DNA of 56,723 bases, the filler included, from Candidatus Woesearchaeota archaeon (GTDB lineage: Archaea > Nanobdellota > Nanobdellia > Woesearchaeales > CAZJJJ01), in NCBI GenBank assembly GCA_046538795.1. It is 4 parts of 4 records of this genome, joined end to end, with 100 filler letters (N's around TTAATTAATTAA, not from the genome) between each part and the next. Parts side by side here need not be neighbours in the genome. Positions count along the whole stretch, not along the records: positions 1 to 18,166 come from JBKHIF010000026.1; positions 18,267 to 35,544 come from JBKHIF010000027.1; 2 more parts are not named here. The stretch is one strand, 5' to 3'. Below are positions 9,571-20,280 of the stretch, piece by piece; the first letter of the stretch is position 1; every line of letters begins with the position of its first letter. The notes beneath the pieces were generated by a model. That model had not been told where the DNA came from. It searched no databases and worked only from the letters and a program-made list of their open reading frames with translations. The translations under genes were made by a program, and so were the position numbers.

Positions 9571-10050
9571 TTAGTTAGTTTCATTTTTGATTTTGTTTTC
9601 GATCTCTTCTGAGATCTTATTAATGTGGAGTGTTAATTTCATCTCAAAAAGTTTCCAGTCAGTGTATTTTAAAAGCTGACCCCTGTAATTTACTGCGTTT
9701 CTTTTCAATCGTATTGTTTCAAGAAAATTCCAGTCCAGATCAAGTTCAGGATGTTTTAGGCAAAGATATGCATTCTTACATTGATGACTATCTGCCTTAA
9801 TCATGTCAAAAAGAAGATATGCTTCGATAAGTCCTCTTAAAGATTCATAATGCTCCCTGAATACAAAAGTCCAATCAGTACTCTCTTTGGATAAGCCTGT
9901 TGTTTGTTTTTTTATGAATTCAAGACCTGTAAGAGCAACTTTTTTAATAGATCTTATTAGTTCTGTATCTATTTCAGCCTTTTCTTTTATGTTTCCTGTT
10001 GCAATGCATTTGTCATAAGTTTCTTCAAGAGAATCTATATCTATCTTCAA
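9571..10050 (-). CDS. HEPN-like protein (partner of MNT)
   Basis: Helical 159 aa with RLKRNAVNY (R-x4-Y HEPN-type motif), 1 nt downstream of the MNT gene. Confidence 0.65.
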   Translation of the reverse strand: MKIDIDSLEETYDKCIATGNIKEKAEIDTELIRSIKKVALTGLEFIKKQTTGLSKESTDWTFVFREHYESLRGLIEAYLLFDMIKADSHQCKNAYLCLKHPELDLDWNFLETIRLKRNAVNYRGQLLKYTDWKLFEMKLTLHINKISEEIENKIKNETN

Positions 10051-10051
10051 A

Positions 10052-10600
10052 TCAATTCACCGCCATGATATCTTTTATCGAGCCTTTCACTACATATCCA
10101 TCGACTATGTTTTTGATAAGTCCTGTTTTTACCTGATTGATTTCTTTCTTGTTTTTGAATAGATGGATTTCAATCTCTTTCTTTAGTCCTTTTTCATATC
10201 CTGTTTTTTGTATGTTTTTTTTAGCTTTATATATGAACACATCAATATCAGAGTTCTTGTACCAGTCTCCTCTTACTGTACTTCCAAAGATGATTATTGT
10301 TTCTGCATCAATTGACAAAAGATGTCTTATAAATCCGCTTTTGTAGAGCTTATCTAGCATATATTGCTTTTTTCTTGAAAGATAGGCTGTATTGTTTTCT
10401 CCTGCTGTAAAATAAGGAAACTTTCCTTTTTCTTTTACTTTTTTGAGTATGCCTTCCTGCAAATACTTGTCAAGCCACTTGTTAAGTGAAGCTTTTGTTA
10501 TGTTTGCTTTTTTAAGGATCTCTGTGAAATGCCATCTCTTTAAAGGACTGTTTTCTAATATTAATTCCAACACTTCATCTTCTTTGCTTGGACTTGGCAT
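10052..10600 (-). CDS. wHTH plus minimal nucleotidyltransferase (MNT) antitoxin-like protein
   Basis: IFGSTVRGDWYKNSDIDV (GS...DxD Pol-beta motif) and an N-terminal HTH. Confidence 0.85.
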   Translation of the reverse strand: MPSPSKEDEVLELILENSPLKRWHFTEILKKANITKASLNKWLDKYLQEGILKKVKEKGKFPYFTAGENNTAYLSRKKQYMLDKLYKSGFIRHLLSIDAETIIIFGSTVRGDWYKNSDIDVFIYKAKKNIQKTGYEKGLKKEIEIHLFKNKKEINQVKTGLIKNIVDGYVVKGSIKDIMAVN

Positions 10601-10660
10601 AATTGGTTTAACTTAGATGAACTATTTATTTGTTTTGTTTTTTAGTAGAACTAATATTAG

Positions 10661-10709
10661 CTTTAATATGTCTTGCTTAAGATTTTCCGGATAGTTTCCA
10701 TAAATTTTG
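10661..10709. repeat. 49-bp perfect direct repeat, right copy
   Basis: Identical to 9513-9561. Confidence 0.95.
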
Positions 10710-10795
10710 GAAATTTTTCATCACTACTTTCCAATAGAAATAATTAAATACTAGTTTGGTTTTCAGTTGTTTATAGATTATAGAGGGGGATTATC

Positions 10796-11221
10796 ATGAA
10801 AAATGATACTTTATTGATTATTATTGCGCTGGCTGTGAGTTTTGTTCTTGTAGGCGGCATCATGGCTGTTGAGACTATGGCTCAGTCAGAAACTGCATCA
10901 TCTGTTTCTGGAGATGTTGTTTCATATCCTATCAATTCAAGAGAGCCTTCTATCAGGCGTGATTTACAGGTTCTTGCTGCAGAACACAGGATGGATCGTG
11001 AAGAGATTGTCGTAAGAGAAGGCCAGGAGATAAATATCGAGGTTGTAACAACAAAAGACAGCTATCTTACTTTAGAAGGCATTGATGATTTTGAGATAAA
11101 AGAGAGTTCTCCTTCTGTGATAAATTTTAAGGCAGATGAGAAGGGAGAATATGTTCTTGGATGCTCATTCAAGTGCAAGCAGGCAGATCTTGCGCGTGAA
11201 TTGAAGATAATTGTTGAATGA
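10796..11221 (+). CDS. Membrane-anchored cupredoxin-like domain protein
   Basis: N-terminal TM; EIVVREGQEI...FKADEKGEYVLGCSFKC pattern. Confidence 0.6.
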   Translation: MKNDTLLIIIALAVSFVLVGGIMAVETMAQSETASSVSGDVVSYPINSREPSIRRDLQVLAAEHRMDREEIVVREGQEINIEVVTTKDSYLTLEGIDDFEIKESSPSVINFKADEKGEYVLGCSFKCKQADLARELKIIVE

Positions 11222-11273
11222 TTATTTCTTATTTTTCATTAATTTTATATATTATTTTTCTATAAAATAACCT

Positions 11274-12083
11274 ATGTCAGATGTTTTGTCATGGATTGCT
11301 GATCAGAAGAAGAAGGGTTTTTCTGATAATATGCTTAAGGATTCTTTGAGAAAAGCCGGATGGAGGGAAGAAGATATCAATGGTTTTTTTCCTGAAAAGA
11401 CAGATGTTTCAGAAAAAAAACCTTCAGAAATAAAGCCTTTTGATCTTTACAGTGTGCTTCTTTATATCATGGTAGTTCTTTTTGCTGTATTTGCCGGAGC
11501 AGGCATATTTATTTCTGTAAAGGTCAATCTTACCTTTCTTATTGTTGTCTCTCTTCTTGTATGCGCTTTTGTGTTTGGTCTTTTCATGAAGAGGAAAAAC
11601 ATGGTTACATTATCGCTTTTCGGAGCATGGGTGATAGTATTGTGTCTTCTTCCGCTTCTTCAGTCTCTTTATGGATTTTCTGATTTTATTTATTATATAT
11701 CTACAGGAATAGGTTTTTTTCTGTTAGGTCTTTTATCATCATACATGTTTTCTCATGACAATTCTGATTTTTCAAGTTTTTTCCGGGCTCCTGTGATGAT
11801 GAGCATAGGAATCTCTACATTCTATGCTCTTAATGTAGGTCTTTCTCTTTTGATAAAGAATTCTTCTGTAAAAGCTGTTGAGGGAAGCATCATATTTGAA
11901 AGCATAGCCAATCAGTATGCAGGGTTTGCTATTGCTATAATCAGCTTTTTCCTGTCTGTTCTTATCATGGTTTTCAGAAGAGAAGATCGCAAGTTTTCAA
12001 GGGTTGTGTTTTTTCTTTTTCCCATAGTTATCTTTGCTCTTTTTGTTATTTTGATTAACATATTTTTTAATACAATCTTATGA
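11274..12083 (+). CDS. Multi-pass membrane protein with N-terminal G-F-S...GW domain
   Basis: About 7 hydrophobic segments; starts WIADQKKKGFSDNMLKDSLRKAGWREEDI. Confidence 0.8.
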   Translation: MSDVLSWIADQKKKGFSDNMLKDSLRKAGWREEDINGFFPEKTDVSEKKPSEIKPFDLYSVLLYIMVVLFAVFAGAGIFISVKVNLTFLIVVSLLVCAFVFGLFMKRKNMVTLSLFGAWVIVLCLLPLLQSLYGFSDFIYYISTGIGFFLLGLLSSYMFSHDNSDFSSFFRAPVMMSIGISTFYALNVGLSLLIKNSSVKAVEGSIIFESIANQYAGFAIAIISFFLSVLIMVFRREDRKFSRVVFFLFPIVIFALFVILINIFFNTIL

Positions 12084-12365
12084 AACCAATATGTTGCGTA
12101 GATTAAAAAAAATAGGTTGTTTTATTCTCTTTTGTAAAAACTAAACAGTAAGATTTATATATATGTGAATCATTTAAATTTGTTATCAGTCTTTTTTAGG
12201 CTGTAATATCGGGGAAATTGGCTGATTGCGGTTTGGTCAGCCAAGGAGACAATAGGGGTTATTTTGATTAAGTGTTAACAGTGTTGCTATTTTGATTCCA
12301 GAGTTCTGATATGATGTTCTGTGATCCCCTTAATAAAAATATAAAACCTTAGAGGGTGGTTTCAA

Positions 12366-15300
12366 ATGAAAAAAATATTCTTTACAATAGCTTTAGCTAT
12401 AGCATTATTGATATCAGTTGCAGGTGTTTTTGCAGATCATATGCCAAACATTGATATTGATCCAGACGTTGCGAACTGCGAGCAATTAGGCAATATTTTT
12501 ACAGTCACTGTTGAAAATGATGCAGGTTCCAGCGATTCAATATTACAAGTTGAGATATATAAGGCTCTCGCAGGTGTTACCAATTCTACTTTTGAATGCG
12601 GTGATGCACCTGATGACTGGGACCTTTTTTCATACACAGACAGGTGCATTTATGTAACAGAGCTTGACAATCCTGAAAAAATAGCTCCTAATGAATCATT
12701 GGATTTTACATTTGAAGCAGTAATGACCTCAAATACATGTGCAAGCAAGTTTGTTGCTGTAACAATTGATGATGAAAATACTACAGGCCAAAGAAAGACA
12801 AAAGATCTTTTTGTAAATATTGACTGTAGTCCTCCTGTAATTATTAAAAACATGGGTGATCCCAGCATTCTTATGGATGAATCCTGTGATCCAGACACAG
12901 AAATCTGCGATTATTGGATCACGCAGGATACGCCTATTTTTATCTCAGTCTTTGATAACACTACTTTTAACCAATGCAATTTAGGTCTTGGTTATTGTAA
13001 TATAACATATACTGTTGATGGAGGTCCTGTTGTTGAAGAGACGCTTGAATATTTTGATGATGAAGTCTATTTCTGGGATTATGACTGGGACTTTGATGAA
13101 GATTCAGAACATATCATTGATGTGACTTGTTATGATATGGCTGGCAATATGAGATCAATAACTGAACTTGACAGGGTTGACTCAACTCCTCCAACTACTA
13201 ATAAATCCTTTTCAGGTCCTCAAAAGATTGAAGATGGTGTTGAGTGGATAGATGGTGTAACCACTATAGAACTTACTGAGTCAGATGGTGGTCCTATCTG
13301 TGCTATAGGAACTGATAATACTTATTATAGAATAGTAGAAGCACAGGATGCAGTGTGCTGGAATTCCTGTTCTGGCTGGCAAACCAGCAATCCTACTGCT
13401 GATGGTTCTGGTGACTGGATAGAATATGTTGGTCCTATAGGAAGCATACCGCAGTCGTGCCATGTTATGGAATATTACAGCGTGGATGATCTTGGCAATA
13501 TTGAAACTGTGAACGTCAATTGCTTCTTTGTCGATAAGACTCCTCCAATGATTAATAAGTGCAACGGAGAGGCTATTTTTGATACAGGAGAAGCTGCCTT
13601 TGAATCAGAGGATAATCCTGATGGTGATTTCCACTGGCTTACAACAAGCATGCCTGTAACTTTCACATGCGATGATACATGGAATGGAGAAGCAGAACAT
13701 CCTTCTGAAGACGAGATGCTGTGCTTTAATGTATTATTAGATGATGTTCCAATAGTAAACGGAACTTTTGCATGGAGAACAATAACAGAAGATTATTGTG
13801 ATGGAAGCTTAAATGATGATGGTTTCTGCTGTGTTCCTGTAGATCCTGAGACAAAGGAATATGAATTCTTTTTCCGGGAAGAATCTATGCACAGGCTTGA
13901 ATACTACTGCGAGGATGCTGTTGAAAAGAACACAAGCACTCATACGCAGTTCTACAAGGTTGATGATACTCCTCCAAGCATGGTCGGAGATGTAGTTATA
14001 ACAGGACCTAATTATGCTGTAAGTGGTGATTGTCCTCCTTCTAGTGAAACAGATGAATGCCATCTTGATGGTATTACAACTTTAGATCTAGATTGGGAAG
14101 ATGGCGGAGATATCTGTGCTGTCGGAGAGGTCGTGTGCGAATGGGATTATAGGGTCGATGGCGGTATCTGGACAAAACCCAGAAGAACATTTCCTATAAA
14201 TTTCCCTGAAGAATCAGAGCATGATCTAAGGGTTAGATGTGAAGATGCTTTGGGAAATTCTGTTGTCATATATGAAGCTACATATTTTGTAGATAAGACA
14301 GCTCCTCATACAGATCTTGTTTATGTAGGACCTCAGTTTCCTGATCCAATTGTTTTGGGGCAATTTCCACACTGGATAGATACTGTGACCAACATATCAC
14401 TTTCAGCAACAGATGATGTGGGGGACCATGATTCTGGTGTTGCAGACACATGGGTTAGAGTAACTCAGGTTGATGATGTCTATTGTGAATCAGCAGGATC
14501 TGGATGCAGCGATGCAGAAGGCGCAGGTGAATATACAGAATATTCAGGACCTTTTGGAATCAATGAATCCTGCCATCTTATTGAATATTATAGCGTGGAC
14601 AATGTGAATAAGACTGAAGAACCGAAAAGAGATTGTGTCTTCTCAGACCATACTGCACCTGTTGCAAACATATCTTATGAAGAAGATATGAGTGTTGAGT
14701 GCGAGGAAGGAAATCCATTTGGATGCAGCCACTACATAAGCCAGAATACAAACATAGAGCTTGCCTGTCAGGATGTAGGTCCTCATCCAAGCAATGGTGT
14801 TACCATATTCTGGGAAGTATATGTTGAATCTGAGCCAGGCGTCTGGAATGAGACACCTATACATGAATTCAGCGAAGAAGGTGAAAGTGTTGACTGGAAC
14901 TGTCATGAAGATTCAAGGCACAAGATAAAGTACTGGTGCGTAGATGCTGTAGGCAAGATGTCTGAGGTAAATGAAGACATTGTAGTTGTCGATACAGTTG
15001 CTCCAAATATAACAAAGACTGTTACAGGACCATGGGTCGAATGTGAAGAAGAGCAGTTAATAAAACGTGAAAACAGCTGCGAAGGAGAATGTGAACCAAT
15101 GGATTGTTATATGGTTGACAGCGCAACTGAGGTTACTTTTGATGTAACTGATCCAGAGCCTCACCCAGTAGACATGGTTAGGTGTGACATCGGCTATGAG
15201 TGGTGGTCTCAAGAAGGATACCAAGGCATATTCCATGCAGAATGGAATGGCACAGAATGGGTCAGTTTCGAAGGTGCAGATGAAAACGTGGATCTTGAAG

Positions 15301-16922
15301 GATCCTACACTTTCAGCTTCCCTGAAGAATCTGAACACATCCTTTATGCAGAATGCTGGGATGCACTTGGAAATACTGCATATGACGTAGAAAGATTCTT
15401 GGTTGATAAGACACCGCCATATATCTGGAAAGAATATGAGGCAAGCTATGTTGATGAATTTGAAAATTACTGGGCAAAATGGATAAATGTTGGTATTCCT
15501 ATATATGCGGGGGCAATTGAGAATGATGAAAATCAACCTCACCCAACTGGTATAAAAGAAGTTAAGTACAAGGTTTCAATCGTTGAAGATGAAAATTGCA
15601 GATATCCTTATGAGAAAAGGGAACTCTACGATTATAGCTGTGATGAGGCAAGTGAAGGTGACTGGATGACTGTTCCTGAAAGTGACTGGGATGAATTTGT
15701 TTTCAACATTTCAGAAGAGTCATGTCACATGATTGAGATCATGGCAACAGATAATGTCGATAAATGTGCATTGCACAAACAATTTGTATTTGTTGACAAT
15801 ACTGCGCCATTGCCTAACAAAACTGTTGGTGAGCCTAAATCTGAAATGTCTTATACCAGTAAAGTATATGGAAAGATGGAAGGTGGATATGATGAGCTTG
15901 ATCCAGATGGAGAAGATATTTGTTCTTCTGAAGAAGGTAAGTGTTGGGATGTAACTGTTCTTACACCTATTGAGCTTGCATGTGTTGATCCAGAACCGCA
16001 TCCATCAGGAGCAGTTGATGTTTGCTTTAAGGTTGAACTGGATGGACATAATGACACTGAGTCATATTGTTCACCTGAAGATATGACTGAAGACGGCTTT
16101 TGCTGTATTGAAGGTCCTGTGACAAACTTTTATTTTGCAGAGGAATCAATACATAAGTTGTCTTACTACTGTGTGGACAATGTAGGAAACCAGAATCCAG
16201 AGGAGCTTGATGTTGAGTATTTCAAAGTAAAGGGAAGTGCTTTCCAGATTGAACTTAATGGTAAGTGGAATCTGATAAGTGTGCCTGTTAAGTTGTTAGA
16301 TAATAGCATGGATGAGATTTTTGCAGGTCTTGAAGATGTTGTAGATTCAGTCTGGACATATGATGCAGGAGTTTGGTCAGTCTATTCTCCTGATGGTCTT
16401 GACAATGATGACTTGACTACCATGCAGCCCGGTTGGGGCTACTGGGTTTTAACTAATCTGGAAAAGGGAGAGACAGAGATGCTGACAATAGGAGGCAACT
16501 TATTTTCTGAAGGAATTACCCCTCCTGAAAGAAATATTGTTGATGGCTGGAACCTGATAGGCTATTATGGTACAGAAGGTGCTCCATGGGTTAATGAATA
16601 TGGATTTTGGGTTCCACCAGACACAGAGGGAGCTTATCCTGGCTATTATGGACCTATGGGAGCAGGACTTAGTGTTGAGGATGAACTAAATTCCCTTATG
16701 CCTTATGATTGGGACACAAGCATCTCATCTATCTTTGGATATTGGGATGATGGCAGCCAACACTTTTTCAAACCAACCGGATTTTATGGATTGTGTTATG
16801 AGAATAAGATGGATCCTGGAGCAGGTTACTGGATATACAAAAGCAATGGATATGGTTTTGTACCTCCAAGCTGTGCTGAGAACACCTACAGCAAATTTGG
16901 AACTATCCTTAAGCAGGAATAA
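12366..16922 (+). CDS. Large secreted Cys-rich, acidic surface protein with tandem Ig-like repeats
   Basis: Signal peptide; ~9 D-x-[TSV]-[PA]-P linkers with recurring EESxH and Y-x-x-D-x-x-GN motifs; C-terminal WNLISVP domain. Confidence 0.9.
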   Translation: MKKIFFTIALAIALLISVAGVFADHMPNIDIDPDVANCEQLGNIFTVTVENDAGSSDSILQVEIYKALAGVTNSTFECGDAPDDWDLFSYTDRCIYVTELDNPEKIAPNESLDFTFEAVMTSNTCASKFVAVTIDDENTTGQRKTKDLFVNIDCSPPVIIKNMGDPSILMDESCDPDTEICDYWITQDTPIFISVFDNTTFNQCNLGLGYCNITYTVDGGPVVEETLEYFDDEVYFWDYDWDFDEDSEHIIDVTCYDMAGNMRSITELDRVDSTPPTTNKSFSGPQKIEDGVEWIDGVTTIELTESDGGPICAIGTDNTYYRIVEAQDAVCWNSCSGWQTSNPTADGSGDWIEYVGPIGSIPQSCHVMEYYSVDDLGNIETVNVNCFFVDKTPPMINKCNGEAIFDTGEAAFESEDNPDGDFHWLTTSMPVTFTCDDTWNGEAEHPSEDEMLCFNVLLDDVPIVNGTFAWRTITEDYCDGSLNDDGFCCVPVDPETKEYEFFFREESMHRLEYYCEDAVEKNTSTHTQFYKVDDTPPSMVGDVVITGPNYAVSGDCPPSSETDECHLDGITTLDLDWEDGGDICAVGEVVCEWDYRVDGGIWTKPRRTFPINFPEESEHDLRVRCEDALGNSVVIYEATYFVDKTAPHTDLVYVGPQFPDPIVLGQFPHWIDTVTNISLSATDDVGDHDSGVADTWVRVTQVDDVYCESAGSGCSDAEGAGEYTEYSGPFGINESCHLIEYYSVDNVNKTEEPKRDCVFSDHTAPVANISYEEDMSVECEEGNPFGCSHYISQNTNIELACQDVGPHPSNGVTIFWEVYVESEPGVWNETPIHEFSEEGESVDWNCHEDSRHKIKYWCVDAVGKMSEVNEDIVVVDTVAPNITKTVTGPWVECEEEQLIKRENSCEGECEPMDCYMVDSATEVTFDVTDPEPHPVDMVRCDIGYEWWSQEGYQGIFHAEWNGTEWVSFEGADENVDLEGSYTFSFPEESEHILYAECWDALGNTAYDVERFLVDKTPPYIWKEYEASYVDEFENYWAKWINVGIPIYAGAIENDENQPHPTGIKEVKYKVSIVEDENCRYPYEKRELYDYSCDEASEGDWMTVPESDWDEFVFNISEESCHMIEIMATDNVDKCALHKQFVFVDNTAPLPNKTVGEPKSEMSYTSKVYGKMEGGYDELDPDGEDICSSEEGKCWDVTVLTPIELACVDPEPHPSGAVDVCFKVELDGHNDTESYCSPEDMTEDGFCCIEGPVTNFYFAEESIHKLSYYCVDNVGNQNPEELDVEYFKVKGSAFQIELNGKWNLISVPVKLLDNSMDEIFAGLEDVVDSVWTYDAGVWSVYSPDGLDNDDLTTMQPGWGYWVLTNLEKGETEMLTIGGNLFSEGITPPERNIVDGWNLIGYYGTEGAPWVNEYGFWVPPDTEGAYPGYYGPMGAGLSVEDELNSLMPYDWDTSISSIFGYWDDGSQHFFKPTGFYGLCYENKMDPGAGYWIYKSNGYGFVPPSCAENTYSKFGTILKQE

Positions 16923-17004
16923 ACCAAGTTCCAATTTTTTTATTTTTTTTATTTTTTATAGAAATTAAACAAGTTTTAAAAATAAATACTCATTAATTGG
17001 TGAA

Positions 17005-17886
17005 ATGAAAATGATCAGACGAACAATTACAATATCTTTATTATGTATGATGCTGCTTAGTGTTGTTGTCTTGGCAGATGAACGTCAACCACCGCACCAA
17101 TTATTTGGCGATGTTCTAACCAATGGGAAGGCAGCTCCCGATGGGCTTCTTGTAGAGGCCAGATCTGGAAATGTTGTTCTGCAATCTACAAGAACTCAGC
17201 GAGGCACTTATGGCTATGAGCCTGATATTTTTTACTTGCCCTTTAATTCAACAATTGAAGAAGGAATAAAGATAACTTTGTATATAAAAGACAAAGATGA
17301 TGTTTTTCATGAAGCAGGATCAAGTAACTTGATAAGTGGAAAAGTTGAAGAACTTGATCTTTCTGCTACAGGTAATTTTGGAAATCCTTCTAATGATAAT
17401 GATGATGATAATGATGGTGGCCGTAGTTCAAACAGAAGATCATCAAGCAGTAGTCCGGGTGGCGGATATATACCTCCGCCAAGTGTTCCTGAAGATGATA
17501 ATATTACTGACTCTTCTAATTCAACAGAAGAAGATGTGGCTATGCTAAGTGATTCATGTACTCCTGACTGGTATTGTTCTGAATGGACTGAATGTCTTGG
17601 AGAAAAACAAACACGTACTTGTGTTGATGATAATGATTGCGGCTCTGATGAGAATAAACCTGAAGAAAGCAGAGATTGTAACGTAATTGCTCCTGCTGTG
17701 TTTGCAGAACAGGAGGAAGCTAAACCTCAGGAAGGATTGTTTAACAGGATCACAGGGTTTGTTGTTGGTGAATCAGGAACGGTTTCAGGAAAGGCAGTGC
17801 TTTTTGGTCTTTTGATAACTATGGTCCTTGTTGTTGTTTATAAGAAACGAAGACGCATCAGGAGATTGTTCAAGAAAAGGAACTGA
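17005..17886 (+). CDS. Secreted, membrane-anchored surface protein with Cys/Trp (TSP1-like) module
   Basis: Signal peptide; PPHQLFG domain; CTPDWYCSEWTEC...QTRTC; C-terminal TM plus basic tail. Confidence 0.85.
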   Translation: MKMIRRTITISLLCMMLLSVVVLADERQPPHQLFGDVLTNGKAAPDGLLVEARSGNVVLQSTRTQRGTYGYEPDIFYLPFNSTIEEGIKITLYIKDKDDVFHEAGSSNLISGKVEELDLSATGNFGNPSNDNDDDNDGGRSSNRRSSSSSPGGGYIPPPSVPEDDNITDSSNSTEEDVAMLSDSCTPDWYCSEWTECLGEKQTRTCVDDNDCGSDENKPEESRDCNVIAPAVFAEQEEAKPQEGLFNRITGFVVGESGTVSGKAVLFGLLITMVLVVVYKKRRRIRRLFKKRN

Positions 17887-18058
17887 TTTTAGAGTGAAAT
17901 ATATGTGTTTGTTTTTTTCTTTTTATCTTTAATTGATTGAAATTTTTAATAATTGAGGCTTTTTTAGCATCTAGAAGAGTAAGTTTTATAAATAGATCTC
18001 TGTTACTGACTTATAGTTCATAGTAATAATTATAAAAAAATAAATGAGGTAATGCCTA

Positions 18059-18166
18059 ATGAAAAAAACACTAGCTATAATGGTTTTAGCATTTGTGTTG
18101 TTTTCTGTGTCTGCATTTGCTGTAGAAGAGCAGGTTGTTGATGAAACTCCTGAGTCTTTATGGTGT
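18059..18166 (+). CDS. Secreted protein, N-terminal fragment cut by contig end
   Basis: GAGGT RBS, then MKKTLAIMVLAFVLFSVSAFA signal peptide, open up to the gap. Confidence 0.7.
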
Positions 18167-18266
18167 NNNNNNNNNNNNNNNNNNNNNNNNNNNNNNNNNN
18201 NNNNNNNNNNTTAATTAATTAANNNNNNNNNNNNNNNNNNNNNNNNNNNNNNNNNNNNNNNNNNNN
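18167..18266. other. Artificial contig linker
   Basis: N-run with central TTAATTAATTAA (stops in all six frames). Confidence 0.98.
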
Positions 18267-19116
18267 CGATCTGTTTTGTCGTGTCTGCCGTACTTGACAT
18301 GACGACGATGACGTAGTCAGCATCTTCTAGTTGGTATCCTTCATAGAACCAATGTTTCTTTCCTGAGATCTCGCCGAACTCAGCAAACACTTCTTTGAAT
18401 ACGTTCCGAGCATGCATCATGGCTTCAGACTGTTGTCTCTTATGCTCAAAATAATAATCATAAAGATCCAATGGACCATAACTTATAGGGTTTTCTGTAT
18501 CCAAAAGAGGATAATATGGTTTATATTCTCCAACAAAATTCCTTATATCTTCATCTTTAATGACATCAACACGTTCTACACAATGGCTTGTTATGAAGCC
18601 ATCCTGACAAACCATAACTGGAAGTTTTACGTTTTCATGCTCTGCTACACGCACAGCGAGAATTGTAAGATCATATGCTTCCTGAGGATTTTCTGAATAG
18701 AACTGAAGCCATCCTGAATCACGTTCAGCCATCGTGTCTGAATGATCGCAATGGATATTTATAGGACCTGAAAGCGCTCTGTTTACAATGCTCATGACTA
18801 TAGGAAGCCTGTTTGATGCTGCAATATATACAATCTCGTGCATAAGCGCCAAGCCATTTGAAGCTGTAGCAGTCATCGCTCTTGCCCCTGCTGCGCTTGC
18901 TCCTACTGTAGCAGACATAGCAGAGTGTTCTGAATCTACCCTGATAAGCTCTGTATCAACACCACCATCTGCAACAAACTGAGCAAATGCATGCATAATA
19001 GGTGTCTGCGGAGTTATCGGATAAGCAGCGATAACATCAGGATTTATCTGCTTTATAGCCTCAGCACTTGCCTCAGCTCCGGTCAATGCTTTTGATTCCT
19101 TTTCAGCCATTTTCAT
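18267..19116 (-). CDS. porA: Pyruvate:ferredoxin oxidoreductase alpha subunit (3'-truncated by gap)
   Basis: AAYPITPQT, SEHSA, TATASNGL and NRALSGPINIHCDHSD motifs. Confidence 0.92.
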
Positions 19117-19158
19117 CAGTTATTTATTATCAGTATTTTCCATAAAAACATAAGTAAT

Positions 19159-19464
19159 TTAGTCCCTAAACTCGTTTTCGTCTTTCATCTCTATGCATTT
19201 CACAGGGCATTCTGCTGCGCAGACCCCGCAACCTTTGCAGTAATCAAGATCTGTATCGGTCCTCTTGCCATCTTTTGAAGGTATGCAGCCTTCTGGGCAA
19301 AGATTTGCGCACATCATGCAATGTATGCATTTATCCATATTTATGACAGGCCTCTGCGCTCTCCAGTCGCCTGTCTTGTATTTTTTTGCAGAAGCTGCTT
19401 CAGTAAGCCCGCCCGGCAAAATTGTTCTCCATCCTGGTTTTGATTCATCTCCCATTTTGATCAT
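19159..19464 (-). CDS. porD: Pyruvate:ferredoxin oxidoreductase delta subunit (2x[4Fe-4S])
   Basis: KTGDWR...CIHCMMCANLCP...CKGCGVCAAECP. Confidence 0.92.
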   Translation of the reverse strand: MIKMGDESKPGWRTILPGGLTEAASAKKYKTGDWRAQRPVINMDKCIHCMMCANLCPEGCIPSKDGKRTDTDLDYCKGCGVCAAECPVKCIEMKDENEFRD

Positions 19465-19478
19465 GACCTTATTATAGT

Positions 19479-20057
19479 TTATTCTTTTGTCTCTTCATAT
19501 GCCTTGTCAAGCGCATCGATGTTCAACTTGAACATACGCTCGCCGATCTTTGCCTTAAGCTTATGCTCAAGCTGTTTTTTTATCTCATCAAGACCGACTA
19601 GGTTTGTTATTTTTTCAATAGCTCCAAGAAGCGGAGTGTTAGGAATATTTTTTCCAAAAAGCTCCATAGATATCCTAGTTGCATCAACAGTATAAGTTTT
19701 TCCTGAAAAGCCGATCATTTTCTCAATTTCATCAGCAGATTTAGGAGTATTTACGAGAAGTATCCCTTTTTCAGGATCAAGACCGTCTGTGACAGGTATA
19801 GGACCTATGAGAGTCGGATCTACAACAATAACAAGATCAGGGTTTACAACACCTGAATGAATTCTTATTGGAAGATCAGAAATTCTTGTGAATGCTTTAA
19901 CAGGAGCGCCTTTTCGTTCAGCACCATATTCTGGAAAAGACTGGATATATTTTCCTTTATGAAGAGCAGCATCAGCAATTATTGCAGCAGCAGTCTTTGC
20001 ACCCTGTCCACCCCTTCCATGGAATCTTATTTCAAATATGTCTTTTTCAGCCATCAA
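19479..20057 (-). CDS. porG: Pyruvate:ferredoxin oxidoreductase gamma subunit
   Basis: EIRFHGRGGQGAKT and FPEYGAERKGAP motifs. Confidence 0.92.
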   Translation of the reverse strand: MMAEKDIFEIRFHGRGGQGAKTAAAIIADAALHKGKYIQSFPEYGAERKGAPVKAFTRISDLPIRIHSGVVNPDLVIVVDPTLIGPIPVTDGLDPEKGILLVNTPKSADEIEKMIGFSGKTYTVDATRISMELFGKNIPNTPLLGAIEKITNLVGLDEIKKQLEHKLKAKIGERMFKLNIDALDKAYEETKE

Positions 20058-20280
20058 GAAATGCCTCTTTTTTATGCTAATTCTCTCTTGGAATACGGTC
20101 CTATAAAAGCTTTTCGTTTAGTATAGAACGCGGCTTAAAAAATGAAATAATAATACTTGTTATTTATCCCAAAAAAAGATAAGTCTATTTCGAAGAAGAA
20201 ACAGGGAGAAACAATTATTTTTAAAAAAGAAATATTTCAAAAAACACATAATAGTATAAATGTTATTTAGCTTACCCTTT

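Noticed and set aside
18211..18222. TTAATTAATTAA palindrome (also at about 35589 and 52879) and ORFs ending in LIN
   Set aside because: Synthetic linker; gene adjacency across it is not biological evidence.
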